Shown here piece after piece: positions 1 through 9,903 of a DNA stretch of 64,000 nt. The first letter of the stretch is position 1; the number at the start of each line of letters is the position of its first letter. The stretch is from assembly GCA_049969855.1 (NCBI GenBank), contig JBMFOB010000001.1, positions 69,906-133,905 of the forward strand, written 5' to 3'. The translations under genes and the position numbers were made by a program. This DNA comes from Candidatus Bathyarchaeia archaeon. Lineage in GTDB: Archaea > Thermoproteota > Bathyarchaeia > Bathyarchaeales > Bathycorpusculaceae. The notes below the pieces were generated by a model, which was not told the origin of the DNA, ran no database searches, and was given only the letters and a program-made list of their open reading frames with translations.

Positions 1-303
1 AATCATTTCTGGTTTTATTTCCACAGCAACAAATTCTTTGCCATTGTGAACAAATATTGTGACGCCAACCATTTCAGGCAAAATAATCATGTCCCGCACA
101 TGAGTCTTAACTTTTACACTGCTCCCTTTCCTAAGGGCTTCTTTTGCTTCTCTTATTTTTTCAAGCAGTATCCTCTGCTCCTGTGTTAAGCCACGTTGGA
201 AACTTCTTCTTTGTCTTGAAGGAAGCAGATTAATGAATTCGTCCATGGACAGATTTTGCAGTTGGTTAAGGGTGTATCCGCGATAGGTAAATTCTTTAGG
301 CAT
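1..303 (-). CDS. rps19p: 30S ribosomal protein S19 (uS19), runs off window
   Basis: Not in ORF track. Manual translation from ATG 303 gives [23 protein letters not shown]...[15 protein letters not shown]; follows rpl2. Confidence 0.95.
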   Translation of the reverse strand, partial: MPKEFTYRGYTLNQLQNLSMDEFINLLPSRQRRSFQRGLTQEQRILLEKIREAKEALRKGSSVKVKTHVRDMIILPEMVGVTIFVHNGKEFVAVEIKPEMI

Positions 304-330
304 TCTTCAACCCATCACATTGCAGTTACA

Positions 331-1080
331 TTAAACGCTATAAACCTTCCTTTTCTTCTTTTGCCCAGCACCTCTGGCTGCAATCAACCCAACCTTTTGC
401 CCAGGTGGAGCACCATGGGAGGTTGTGGTTCCTTTTCTAGCACTTCTTTTGCTGCTACCATAAGGATGCACAGCAGCAACCATCGCCCTACCACGAGTTC
501 TCGGATACTTACGCCCCCTAGCCCTCATTAAATGAAATTTCATGCCAGCCTTCAAGAAAGGTTTCTCTGTCCTGCCAGCCCCCGAAACAACACCAACAGT
601 TGCCCTACAACGGTCATCTATATACCGCGTCTTTCCAGATGGAAGCTTGATTATGGTTCCCTGAGCCGTATGCGTCACAACCATCGCATAGGCTCCAGAG
701 GATTTTGCAATTTTGCCACCGTCACCTGGACGAAGCTCTATGTTGCACACCATTGTGCCTTCCGGAATCCTTCCTATGGGAAGAATGTTGCCCACATCAA
801 CAGCGGCTTTTCCTCCCATTTGGATTTGCTGTCCTATAGAAAGTCCTTCTGGAATTACAGTGTAACATGTTTCGCCATTTTCGAATCTTATTAAGGCTAA
901 GGGTGTCCCGCGTCCTGGGTCGTGGACAAATTCTTCAATAACTCCTTTTATTGCCTTTTCAAAGTATTCTTCTGCAGTCACGGTTGTGGGATACTGTGAT
1001 GGAGCCACTCTTTTGTGGGTTGCCGCTTTAAATGTGGGAGCACCACGTCCACGCCTTTGAACCCGAATTCTCTTTCCCAT
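331..1080 (-). CDS. rpl2: 50S ribosomal protein L2
   Basis: MGKRIRVQRRGRG N-terminus, HDPGRG motif, operon order. Confidence 0.97.
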   Translation of the reverse strand: MGKRIRVQRRGRGAPTFKAATHKRVAPSQYPTTVTAEEYFEKAIKGVIEEFVHDPGRGTPLALIRFENGETCYTVIPEGLSIGQQIQMGGKAAVDVGNILPIGRIPEGTMVCNIELRPGDGGKIAKSSGAYAMVVTHTAQGTIIKLPSGKTRYIDDRCRATVGVVSGAGRTEKPFLKAGMKFHLMRARGRKYPRTRGRAMVAAVHPYGSSKRSARKGTTTSHGAPPGQKVGLIAARGAGQKKKRKVYSV

Positions 1081-1102
1081 AACTTATTCCTTCCAAATGT
1101 GT

Positions 1103-1363
1103 TTATAATATTCCAAGTTTGATTGCGACATCCGTCGCCTTATAGTCTGGATGAAGCTTAACAAAGGCTTTCTTCTCCCCTTGCGGTGTAATTTGAAGAT
1201 TCACTTTCTCAACTTCAACTTCATAAAGCTCCTCAACAGCCCTCTTCACGTCAGTTTTTGTTGCCTTAAGATCAACTATGAAGACAAGCTTGTTTTCTTT
1301 TTCAACCATTAAACTTGCAGCTTCAGTCATTAAAGGATAAAGTATAACCTCATTAGGGTCCAT
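1103..1363 (-). CDS. rpl23: 50S ribosomal protein L23
   Basis: ENKLVFIV and KKAFVKL motifs; between L4 and L2. Confidence 0.96.
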   Translation of the reverse strand: MDPNEVILYPLMTEAASLMVEKENKLVFIVDLKATKTDVKRAVEELYEVEVEKVNLQITPQGEKKAFVKLHPDYKATDVAIKLGIL

Positions 1364-2148
1364 TAGGCTTCCTCTCCATAAAGTTCATTCAATCTTTCAA
1401 TTGTGCCACGCGTCCAGATTGTGAGCCTTCCAGGATGCGTTCCAGGAGCAAGTATTTCAGCGTTTAAATTATTAACAGTAACAACATCCAAGCCTGGAAT
1501 GTTTCTTGCAGCTTCCATTATTCCCTTATTTTCATTCACAACTATAAGCGGACCTACAGCCTGTTTTATTTTTCTTCCTCTACGTTTACCTTTTCCAGCC
1601 CGAATGTTCCTGCTTTCTTTGACTCTGTAAATGTCTGAAAACACGCCCAATTGCACGAGAACTTCTTCAACATCTTTCGTTCTCTTCAGCTTCTCAAGGT
1701 TATCTGTAACGATTAGGGGGATTTGGGGAACATCCTCGATTGCATGGTTCCGAGAAGCTACCACTTCTTTATGGGCTGTTGCAGCTATCGCTGAAAGTAA
1801 CGCAAGCCTCTTCTCCTTCTTTGGAATTCGTTTAACAATTTTTTTATTTGAGGTCGGTGGATGCGCTGCCCTTCCGCCCACTGTTCCCGGGGCAAAGGCG
1901 CCTCTACCCGCTGGTCCCTTAGTTCGAGGTATCCTTGATATGCCAAGGTCTACGCCTCTGGATTCTGCTGATGTTCTTTTTCCAGCCATCGGATCTCTGC
2001 CTTGAGGTTGGATTCTGCTTGATTGTATTGCCAAGACAGCTCGTCTTATAACGTCAGGTCTTAATGGAGTTTCAAAGACTGATGGAAGGTTTATTTTTCC
2101 AACAGGCTTTCCTTGAAGATCGAAGACGTTCATTGTCTTTTTAGCCAT
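1363..2148 (-). CDS. rpl4: 50S ribosomal protein L4
   Basis: QPQGRDPMAGKRTSAES, RAGKGKRRGR, LAPGTHPGRLT. Confidence 0.97.
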   Translation of the reverse strand: MAKKTMNVFDLQGKPVGKINLPSVFETPLRPDVIRRAVLAIQSSRIQPQGRDPMAGKRTSAESRGVDLGISRIPRTKGPAGRGAFAPGTVGGRAAHPPTSNKKIVKRIPKKEKRLALLSAIAATAHKEVVASRNHAIEDVPQIPLIVTDNLEKLKRTKDVEEVLVQLGVFSDIYRVKESRNIRAGKGKRRGRKIKQAVGPLIVVNENKGIMEAARNIPGLDVVTVNNLNAEILAPGTHPGRLTIWTRGTIERLNELYGEEA

Positions 2149-2161
2149 TTACGTTCACCGT

Positions 2162-3175
2162 TTACTTTCCTTGCGGAGACTCAAGAGATATATGGGTGAT
2201 TTGTGGCAACTCCTCAGCGGCTTGTTTTGGTGGACGAGCCGGATAGCGCAATTTTATTGCACGTTTCTCTGGTCCCGGCACGCTTCCATCAAGCAAAATG
2301 TAAGGTCCATGAACTATGCCATATCTTATGAAACCGCCTTTCGGCGTTACTTCTTTTCCGTCCTTTCCAATTTTGAGAATGCGCTTGTTGTATTCTGTTC
2401 TTTGGTGGAAACCCATTTGCCCAGCTCTTGGAACGCTGTACATTACGTGGTGGGGGTTCCATGGACCTAGGGTGGCTATGCCCCTTTTTGTCTTTCTTCC
2501 CTTATGCTGCAGAACTGTTACACCCCAACGTTTTACTGGTCCTTGAAAACCTTTTCCGGTCGAAACGGCGATAACGTCTAGGTATTGCCCTTCTTTAAAA
2601 ATTTCAGCGGGGTTCACAGTTTTTCCTAAAAGGTTTTTTGCATATTCAAACTGTTGTTGAATGGTTCCTCCGCCTATTTCGATTTCTGCAATGTCTGGTT
2701 TTTTCTTTGGCACACCAGTTTGTTTCGGTTGAGTTATGGCTATAACTCGGATTTTTGTCGCTTTTTCCAAGTTTTCTTCAATTTTTTTGAGGTTTTCTTC
2801 GGTATTGAAGTTCTCTGGAAGAGTGAAAACTCTTTCAAGTTCTTCTGGAGGGTCTTTCATCCATGCTTCTGTAACGGTTTGCAAACCATAGGCGTTTTTT
2901 GTGTAGGCTCTAACAGCGCACACAAGTATGGGCGGCGTTTCTATAATGGTTGCTGGGCGCATTACTTCTTTGCCATAATTTGGTGAACGCTTCCTATCCT
3001 CTATTGCGAAGACATAGGTCATACCAGCCTTATAACCCATAAAACCCAAAAGCCTAGGCGTTTCAGCCATTATTTTTGGCCAATACCGAATTCTAGCCAA
3101 CAATCTTTTAGCACGTTTCCTAGGCAAATAAGCAAGTGAACCATGTTTTGGCGCATGAGTTTTTCTATGACCCAT
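2162..3175 (-). CDS. rpl3: 50S ribosomal protein L3
   Basis: HGSLAYLPRKRA, GYKAGMT, GKGFQGPVKRWG, RAGQMGFHQRTE. Confidence 0.97.
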   Translation of the reverse strand: MGHRKTHAPKHGSLAYLPRKRAKRLLARIRYWPKIMAETPRLLGFMGYKAGMTYVFAIEDRKRSPNYGKEVMRPATIIETPPILVCAVRAYTKNAYGLQTVTEAWMKDPPEELERVFTLPENFNTEENLKKIEENLEKATKIRVIAITQPKQTGVPKKKPDIAEIEIGGGTIQQQFEYAKNLLGKTVNPAEIFKEGQYLDVIAVSTGKGFQGPVKRWGVTVLQHKGRKTKRGIATLGPWNPHHVMYSVPRAGQMGFHQRTEYNKRILKIGKDGKEVTPKGGFIRYGIVHGPYILLDGSVPGPEKRAIKLRYPARPPKQAAEELPQITHISLESPQGK

Positions 3176-3339
3176 TGTTTCTCGCTTCGCGTCTTTTAGG
3201 AATGAGAATAAGGAGTTATAAACGTTACCGTTAAAGGCTAATTTTTGGAGCGAAAATTATCCAATACGGATAGGCCTCTCTAGGTTTTTGTTTTAGTAAA
3301 TGTTATAAAGTGAACGATAGAATTTTTTAGGGGTTTAGC

Positions 3340-3993
3340 GTGTCAGATATTGTGTCTAAAGTTGCTTATGCCCTTTACAATTCTGGATGTTTAAAATTCG
3401 GCACTTTCAAGATTAAATCCGGAGCCTTAAGCCCCTACTACATCGACCTTGCCTCCTTACTCTCCTCGCCAAAAGATCTATCCACCATTGTCGATATAGC
3501 AGCAGAAAAAATCAATGAAATTAGGAAAACCGAAAAAATAGACCAGTTAGCCTCCATCGAGCTAAAAGGTGCGCTCATACTGCCAAGCATAGCGTGCAGA
3601 GTAAAATTGCCATGCACCATAGTCAGAAAAGAAGATAAGACCTATGGGGTCACTGGAAGAATTGCGGGAGCCAATGTTGCCAAGGACGAAAACATACTAT
3701 TTTTTGATGACGTTATCACTGAAGGATTGTCCAAGCTTGAGGGAATAAAATCATTAGAAATGCATGGAGCTAATGTCAAAAATGTGATGGTAGTCGTGGA
3801 CAGAGAGGAAGGCGGCAAAGAAAACCTTGATAAATTAGGGTATAAAGTTCATGCCCTTGCAAAAGTTTCCGAACTTGTTGACTTCCTCTTCCAAACAGAA
3901 CAAATCTCAAAAGAACAAAGAGATGCTGTCATGAACTATGCTAAAAAGGACAAAAATGCTTTAGCGACTGAAATTAAAGGTGGGCAAAATTAA
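3340..3993 (+). CDS. pyrE: Orotate phosphoribosyltransferase
   Basis: FGTFKIKSGALSPYYIDL; PRPP-binding FFDDVITEG; VVVDRE. Confidence 0.88.
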   Translation: MSDIVSKVAYALYNSGCLKFGTFKIKSGALSPYYIDLASLLSSPKDLSTIVDIAAEKINEIRKTEKIDQLASIELKGALILPSIACRVKLPCTIVRKEDKTYGVTGRIAGANVAKDENILFFDDVITEGLSKLEGIKSLEMHGANVKNVMVVVDREEGGKENLDKLGYKVHALAKVSELVDFLFQTEQISKEQRDAVMNYAKKDKNALATEIKGGQN

Positions 3994-4538
3994 ACCTTTG
4001 CAATTATCGCGTTTAGTATTTTTTGAGCGCATTCTTCTGGCTTAAATTTAGTAGTATCAACTGTTATTTCTGGATTTAGTGGCTCCTCATATGGTTGTCC
4101 AAAACCGGGAACGGTTGGCGCTTTTCCTTGGAGGGCTTTGGCGTAGATTTGTTTTGGTGCATGGTAAGTTTTTCCTCTTTTGGCTTCACGTTCCATACAA
4201 ACCTCTAAAGGACATTTCAAATAGGCTTCGATAAAACGTGAGATTTGTTTTCTGGCATTTTCCCGGTAACGTCTCAAGTTGCCAGTGGCATCGATCACAA
4301 CGTTTACGCCATTTTGTGTTAAAAGTTTGGCAATGTAGACAAGAGTTGAATAAACTATGTCACGCTCTTCCAGCGTGTAGGTTGGTTTGGGAGTTAAGAC
4401 CTTACGTAAAGCGTCAGAAGCTAGTAGCTGCGCTTGAATGTTCTTTTGCGTAAGAAGTTTAAGCAAGGCTTCGGAGACAACAGACTTGCCGCTGCCAGGC
4501 AAACCAGTAATCCAAACACACCAGCCCTCTTTAACCAT
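3990..4538 (-). CDS. Adenylyl-sulfate kinase-like P-loop kinase
   Basis: WITGLPGSGKS Walker A, YLKCPLEVC, PYEEP (APS-kinase family); start moved to MVKEG. Substrate uncertain. Confidence 0.75.
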   Translation of the reverse strand: MVKEGWCVWITGLPGSGKSVVSEALLKLLTQKNIQAQLLASDALRKVLTPKPTYTLEERDIVYSTLVYIAKLLTQNGVNVVIDATGNLRRYRENARKQISRFIEAYLKCPLEVCMEREAKRGKTYHAPKQIYAKALQGKAPTVPGFGQPYEEPLNPEITVDTTKFKPEECAQKILNAIIAKV

Positions 4539-4560
4539 TAATCTCTCTCCACGGAACAGA

Positions 4561-4959
4561 TTATAATTGCAGCTCATGCATAAATCCTCTCAAAAATTGA
4601 TAATCTTCTACCTTAAACAAGTGGCTTATGCACCTACAATCCGAAGAACCAAAACCTCGCATGGGAACGCCTTTCTCACTTATGATGTTTGCCACTTCGC
4701 ACTCTTCAAAAGGTCCTTGAACCGCAAAAACCTTCAAAACATTCACACTCTCATCACTAAGCAAATAGTCTATGTGCCAAAATTTTGTCTTATTCTTCCT
4801 CAAATGGCGTTCAATTCTTTTCCTTAAGCCTTTTTTGGCTGAACCTACATAGATGTAGATTCCTTTTTCAAAATTTAAGTTTCCCAAGGCGCCCACATTA
4901 ACGTTAACGTTTTTGCCAACTTCGATGACTAAAACATACACGTCGTTCACTATGCTCAT
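4561..4959 (-). CDS. GIY-YIG (DUF123/Uri) endonuclease family protein
   Basis: GIYIYVGSA, RIERH, WHIDYL, GFGSSDCRC-SHL. Confidence 0.88.
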   Translation of the reverse strand: MSIVNDVYVLVIEVGKNVNVNVGALGNLNFEKGIYIYVGSAKKGLRKRIERHLRKNKTKFWHIDYLLSDESVNVLKVFAVQGPFEECEVANIISEKGVPMRGFGSSDCRCISHLFKVEDYQFLRGFMHELQL

Positions 4960-4963
4960 CCAT

Positions 4964-5083
4964 TTAAGAATTGTTAGGACTGTACCATTTCAAAATTTCA
5001 GCAATAACCTCCTCAGAATAACCCATCTCTTTAAGCTGCCTCTTCAAATCATCAATGAGCTCATCATCCAAATTAGCCGCCAC
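4964..5083 (-). CDS. Small hypothetical protein, 39 aa
   Basis: Below track cutoff: GTG-started MAANLDDELIDDLKRQLKEMGYSEEVIAEILKWYSPNNS; stop is 4 nt before the GIY-YIG start. Confidence 0.55.
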   Translation of the reverse strand: MAANLDDELIDDLKRQLKEMGYSEEVIAEILKWYSPNNS

Positions 5084-5137
5084 AAAAAGCAAAATTAAAT
5101 CCAAAACTATTTATCCTTTACCGTCAACGTTTAAGCC

Positions 5138-5505
5138 ATGCCAAACCAAAAAACACTACACAATGTAACCTACTGCGGTTTATACTGCAAACTATGCGCA
5201 CAACAAAGCCGCATACCAAAACAAGCATCCCAACTGAAACAAAGTCTCCACGAAGAAGGATTTGACGACTTTTACCAATACGTGCCAGAAATGAAAGAAA
5301 CCTTTCCGCAGTTCTGGCAGTTTGTCCACAATGCAAAGAATACCCATGCAAGCTTATACAATCATTGGCAGAGCATTACCCAACCCTAATCCAAGATGGA
5401 AAACGCCTGCAAAAAATTGGCATAGAAGAATGGGTTAAAGAACAAGAGGAAAGGGCTAAACGTGGAGTAGTGTACGCAGATATACGTTACAGAACTGAAA
5501 ACTAA
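5138..5505 (+). pseudogene. DUF3795 Cys-rich protein with internal deletion/frameshift
   Basis: N-part YCGLYCKLC...FWQ; a second frame resumes VCPQCKEYPC...KIGIEEWVKEQEER to TAA 5505. The central CxxC..C.IR.C block of the paralog at 55646 is missing. Confidence 0.75.
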
Positions 5506-6626
5506 ACTTCACTAATATAGGAATTTACACGTTTTAAATCGAATTTTTCAAACTGTAAAACGTTTCTCACAAAGTTTAGAAGTTTTATGCGAACATCCCT
5601 GTTTAAGTTGGGATACCATATTGGCGAGGCAACGACCAACCCGCGCCATGCATAGAAGGGTTGAACAACCTCAAGAATTTCCCAATCATCTGTCTTCTCT
5701 AAATAATTTTTCCAGAATAGATGGAACAAATGCTCAAAAACTCCAGACAACTCGCCATATTTTTGCAGAGAATAAAAGATGTAATTGATTGTCATGGCAG
5801 TAACATCATCTGCAGGTTCACCCCACTCGCCCCTGCTACGGTCCAAAACCGTAAAGTCTGTGCCCTCACGAAACAGGACATTCCATGGATGAAAATCCCC
5901 ATGCACTTGACTAAGTCTATGGGCTTTACGTTTAAGTCTCCAACGCCAAATGACACAGTCCCTTTCAATATCAATCAGATCTGACTCGCTAACAAAATCA
6001 AGTTCGCGCGGATAACTATCCAACAAACCCATGATGCATTCGCCATGTCCAACAAGTTCACGGGCACGCCTAACATAAAGCCAGGGAGCATCTCGCTTAA
6101 CTTTATGAATTTCAACAAGATAATCCGACAAGGCTAAACAGCGCTTCTCATCCAATTCATTTAACTGTCCGCTTTCTTTGAGAATGTCCAAATCAAAATG
6201 GTATAGTTTACCGTCCACAAGTTCTGTTAAAATGAAAAATTCACCGCAATCACCCAAGGACTTCAAACCGTCGCCCTTTACAGTAAAAGCACCAACATCT
6301 AACGAACGCACATGACGAGGCAGCTTGTTAAATGTTGAATGCTGCCAAAGCAAGACTTGAGCCCTATCAGAAACATAATCATGCCCAAACCCTTCAGAAC
6401 GCATTGTCTCCAAAACAACCCGTTTAGTTACGCCATTAACCATAAACTCAATAACATAGGGAACACCATAACCAAAACCCTTCAAATCCCTTGAAACCTC
6501 AGACTTTTCAGCTCCAAGCCTCCAAACTCCACAAATTTTAACATCAGCATCATACAAGGAAGATAAATACTCTCGCAGAACATTTTCAGAAACTCTTAGT
6601 TGCTGATCGCTTCTTTTCGTCACCAT
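5502..6626 (-). CDS. Aminoglycoside phosphotransferase/choline kinase-like family protein
   Basis: Brenner motif HGDFHPWN, LDRSRGEWGEPADD; GGTGA RBS before MVTKRS. Confidence 0.8.
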   Translation of the reverse strand: MVTKRSDQQLRVSENVLREYLSSLYDADVKICGVWRLGAEKSEVSRDLKGFGYGVPYVIEFMVNGVTKRVVLETMRSEGFGHDYVSDRAQVLLWQHSTFNKLPRHVRSLDVGAFTVKGDGLKSLGDCGEFFILTELVDGKLYHFDLDILKESGQLNELDEKRCLALSDYLVEIHKVKRDAPWLYVRRARELVGHGECIMGLLDSYPRELDFVSESDLIDIERDCVIWRWRLKRKAHRLSQVHGDFHPWNVLFREGTDFTVLDRSRGEWGEPADDVTAMTINYIFYSLQKYGELSGVFEHLFHLFWKNYLEKTDDWEILEVVQPFYAWRGLVVASPIWYPNLNRDVRIKLLNFVRNVLQFEKFDLKRVNSYISEV

Positions 6627-6744
6627 CCGCCTTTCACCACATAATAGCATCTCGCCACAAACAGAGGGTTAAGGTGAAGGCTGTACTTAAATATATAAAT
6701 AAATTACACCCTTGACTTTCATTAAAAGCTTCATGGCGATTAAA

Positions 6745-8100
6745 ATGAACATACTCATCCACAGCGGAACAATCCTAACAATGCATAATGGAAAAGTTAT
6801 TCGCAAAGGCGCCATCGCAATAGAAGAAGAAACAATAGTTGATGTTGGAAAAACCCAAGAATTAAAAAGAAAATACGGAAGAGGCTACGAAAAGATAGAT
6901 GCAAAAGGCAAGATTGTCCTGCCAAGCCTCATCAACACTCACCAGCATGCCGCCATGAGCTTACTGCGAGGATACGCTGATGATTTACCACTTCAAGAGT
7001 GGTTGGAAAAATGGATATGGCCAATAGAAAAACACATGACGCCCAACGACATTTACGTTGGAGCCTTATTAACAGCAATAGAATCAATAATGGGCGGAAC
7101 AACAACAGTCAACACAATGTACCATTACACGCCAGAAGAAAACGAAGCAAAAGCCTTCGCAGACGCAGGCTTAAGGGGAGTAATCGGTCATGTTTGCTTT
7201 TCATGGAGGAAGAAAGAGGATAAAAAAGCATTATTAGGTTTGGCCAAAAAATGGCACACAAAAGAAAAAGGGCTAATTCGCGTCAGTGTAGACCCTCATG
7301 CACCATACACTGTTGACCCGGAATATATGAAAGAACTAAAAACCATAAGAGAGGAATTAACAGAAAAGTTTGGCTCAGAAAATGCGCCGATAATTTGGCA
7401 TACACATATTGCTGAAACAAGTGATGAAAAAGAAAAAATCCGAAAAGCCTTCAACGTCCAAATTAAAAGTGGAGTTATGGTATACTTAGATTCATTAGGA
7501 GTTTTAAATGACAAAGTGGTTGCAGCTCACTGCGTAGCCTTAAGGGATGAAGATGTTAAAATCATGAAAAAGAGAGATGTTAAAGTTTCACACAATCCCA
7601 TCTCAAACCTTAAACTTGCTTCTGGCGTAAGCCGCATCCCAAAAATGTTGAAAGAAGACGTAACAGTTTCCCTAGGCACTGACAGCCCATGCTCAAACAA
7701 CACGGCAGACATGTTTGAAACAATGAAAACAACAGCCATCTTACACAAAGGAATAAACAAAAACCCGACATTACTGCCTGCGGAAAAAATTTTGGAGATG
7801 GCAACAATAGAAGGTGCAAAGGCATTGTGTTGGGATAACGAAATAGGTTCAATAGTTGCAGGCAAAAGGGCAGATTTAACAATCATAAACATGAATAAAC
7901 CGCATCTTTGCCCATTATACAATGAAGCAAGCCACTTGGTTTACGCCGCAAAGGCGTCAGATGTTGAAACCGTAATAATAAATGGCAAATTAATTATGGA
8001 AAATAGAACGCTTAACACATTAAATGTTGAAAAAGTCATGGCGCTTGCAGAAAAAGCAAAAGAAAACCTTCTTAGAAAATTAAGCGCCAACATTAAATAG
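6745..8100 (+). CDS. mtaD: 5'-deoxyadenosine/MTA/SAH deaminase (amidohydrolase)
   Basis: NTHQH, PHAPYT, HIAET, HNPISNLKLASG, LGTDS; upstream of ahcY. Confidence 0.85.
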   Translation: MNILIHSGTILTMHNGKVIRKGAIAIEEETIVDVGKTQELKRKYGRGYEKIDAKGKIVLPSLINTHQHAAMSLLRGYADDLPLQEWLEKWIWPIEKHMTPNDIYVGALLTAIESIMGGTTTVNTMYHYTPEENEAKAFADAGLRGVIGHVCFSWRKKEDKKALLGLAKKWHTKEKGLIRVSVDPHAPYTVDPEYMKELKTIREELTEKFGSENAPIIWHTHIAETSDEKEKIRKAFNVQIKSGVMVYLDSLGVLNDKVVAAHCVALRDEDVKIMKKRDVKVSHNPISNLKLASGVSRIPKMLKEDVTVSLGTDSPCSNNTADMFETMKTTAILHKGINKNPTLLPAEKILEMATIEGAKALCWDNEIGSIVAGKRADLTIINMNKPHLCPLYNEASHLVYAAKASDVETVIINGKLIMENRTLNTLNVEKVMALAEKAKENLLRKLSANIK

Positions 8101-8133
8101 TTAGTTTGATGAGCATAAGGAGAAGGAGTCAAA

Positions 8134-9390
8134 ATGAAAGACTTCAAAGTCAAAGACATAACTCTCGCTTCAAAAGGTTATCTACAAATAGAATGGGCTT
8201 CAAAACACATGCCAGTCCTAAACCAGATAAAAGAAAGATTCCAAAAAGAAAAACCCCTAAAAAACTTGACATTGGGCGCATGCCTCCATGTAACAAAAGA
8301 AACAGCCGTCCTCGTCGACACTTTTCTCGCTGGAGGAGCAAAAGTTGCATTATGCGGTTCCAACCCACTTTCCACACAAGACGATGTGGCAGCTGCTCTC
8401 GCAGAAAAAGGCGTAAACGTTTTCGCATGGAGAGCACAAACAACAGATGAATATTACTGGTGCATTGAAAGCGTGGTGGACCGCAAGCCGGTAATAACGC
8501 TTGATGATGGAGCAGACCTTGTAGGAACAATACACAACAAAAGAACTGAAGCATTAAACAACATTAAAGGAGGCACAGAAGAAACCACAACAGGCGTCTT
8601 ACGCCTAAGAGCCATGGAAAAAACTGGCGCACTCAAATATGCGATAATAGCCGTAAATGACGCTTACACAAAATACTTGTTTGACAACAGATACGGAACA
8701 GGACAAAGCACAATAGACGGAATCCTAAGGGCCACAAACATTCTTTTAGCAGGCAAAAACTTTGTCGTCTGCGGTTACGGATGGTGCGGAAGAGGAATAG
8801 CCATGAGAGCGCAAGGAATGGGAGCCAACGTAATAATCACAGAAGCGAATCCGTTAAGGGCTCTTGAAGCTGCAATGAACGGTTTTCGCATAATGCCAAT
8901 TGCCGAGGCAGCAAAGGTAGGCGACATATTCGTAACAGCAACAGGCGATATAAGCGTCATAAGAAAAGAACACATGCAAAAAATGAAGGACGGCGCAATA
9001 CTAGCCAACAGCGGTCACTTCAACGTTGAAATAAACATAAAGGACTTAGAAGAATTAGCAGCTTCAAAACGAACAATAAGGGCAAACCTTGAAGAGTACA
9101 CATTAAAAGATGGAAGAAAACTGTATCTTTTGGCGGAAGGAAGACTTGTGAATCTTGCATCAGCGGAAGGGCATCCTTCAGAGGTTATGGACATGTCCTT
9201 TGCAAACCAAGCCCTCTGCGTTGAATATTTAGCAAAAAATGTAAAGATGGCGCCAAAAGTTTACGAAGTTCCAAAAGAAGTGGATGAAACCGTGGCTAGG
9301 TTAAAGCTTAATGCAATGAAAATAAAAATAGACAAACTAACTAGTGAACAGAAGAAGTATTTAGCGACATGGGAAATGGGAACCATATAA
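8134..9390 (+). CDS. ahcY: Adenosylhomocysteinase (SAH/SIH hydrolase)
   Basis: [42 protein letters not shown]. Confidence 0.97.
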   Translation: MKDFKVKDITLASKGYLQIEWASKHMPVLNQIKERFQKEKPLKNLTLGACLHVTKETAVLVDTFLAGGAKVALCGSNPLSTQDDVAAALAEKGVNVFAWRAQTTDEYYWCIESVVDRKPVITLDDGADLVGTIHNKRTEALNNIKGGTEETTTGVLRLRAMEKTGALKYAIIAVNDAYTKYLFDNRYGTGQSTIDGILRATNILLAGKNFVVCGYGWCGRGIAMRAQGMGANVIITEANPLRALEAAMNGFRIMPIAEAAKVGDIFVTATGDISVIRKEHMQKMKDGAILANSGHFNVEINIKDLEELAASKRTIRANLEEYTLKDGRKLYLLAEGRLVNLASAEGHPSEVMDMSFANQALCVEYLAKNVKMAPKVYEVPKEVDETVARLKLNAMKIKIDKLTSEQKKYLATWEMGTI

Positions 9391-9466
9391 AGTTGAAACC
9401 GAAAGCTATGGTAAACTTTTTAAAGCTTAAGCGGATAAACATGGGTTACATAGGGTGATGTAATAA

Positions 9467-9799
9467 ATGGTTAGTAAAGATCAAGCAATTGGCGGAATAA
9501 TATTTGTAGTATGTTTAATAGTAGGCATATTATACACTGTCGGGTTGTTCTACTTTGGAAACCCGCTTGGAGGTTGGGCAATAGAATTTTGGCTCATTGC
9601 AATTCCAGTGTTTCTCGCATTCATTGCCATAATGGGCATAGGTGCATGGATAGGTTGGACAATGGCTACAACGCCACCACCGAAACCAATAGAAGAGATA
9701 ACAAGCGAGGTTGAAGAGAAAAAGGAAGAAGAGAAAGCGGTAGAAGAAGCAACGGAAACCGAAGAAGAGAAAAAGCCTGAAAGAAAAAAGAAAAGCTAA
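9467..9799 (+). CDS. Conserved archaeal two-TM membrane protein with acidic tail
   Basis: Two hydrophobic helices, WIGWTMATTPPPKPIEEI, GGTGA RBS. Confidence 0.75.
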   Translation: MVSKDQAIGGIIFVVCLIVGILYTVGLFYFGNPLGGWAIEFWLIAIPVFLAFIAIMGIGAWIGWTMATTPPPKPIEEITSEVEEKKEEEKAVEEATETEEEKKPERKKKS

Positions 9800-9903
9800 A
9801 AGTGTCACATTTTCCAAAAAGTTTCATGTCAAGAAAACTGTTTCATCCATATTTTATGTTGCCGACTAACTAACAATTATTCTACTGTATAAAACATGCT
9901 CCT

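Noticed and set aside
256-2986. Plus-strand ORFs over the ribosomal operon, and similar shadow ORFs across the window (e.g. 47511..48062, 57323..57802)
   Set aside because: Antisense or alternate-frame shadows of well-supported genes with no motifs.
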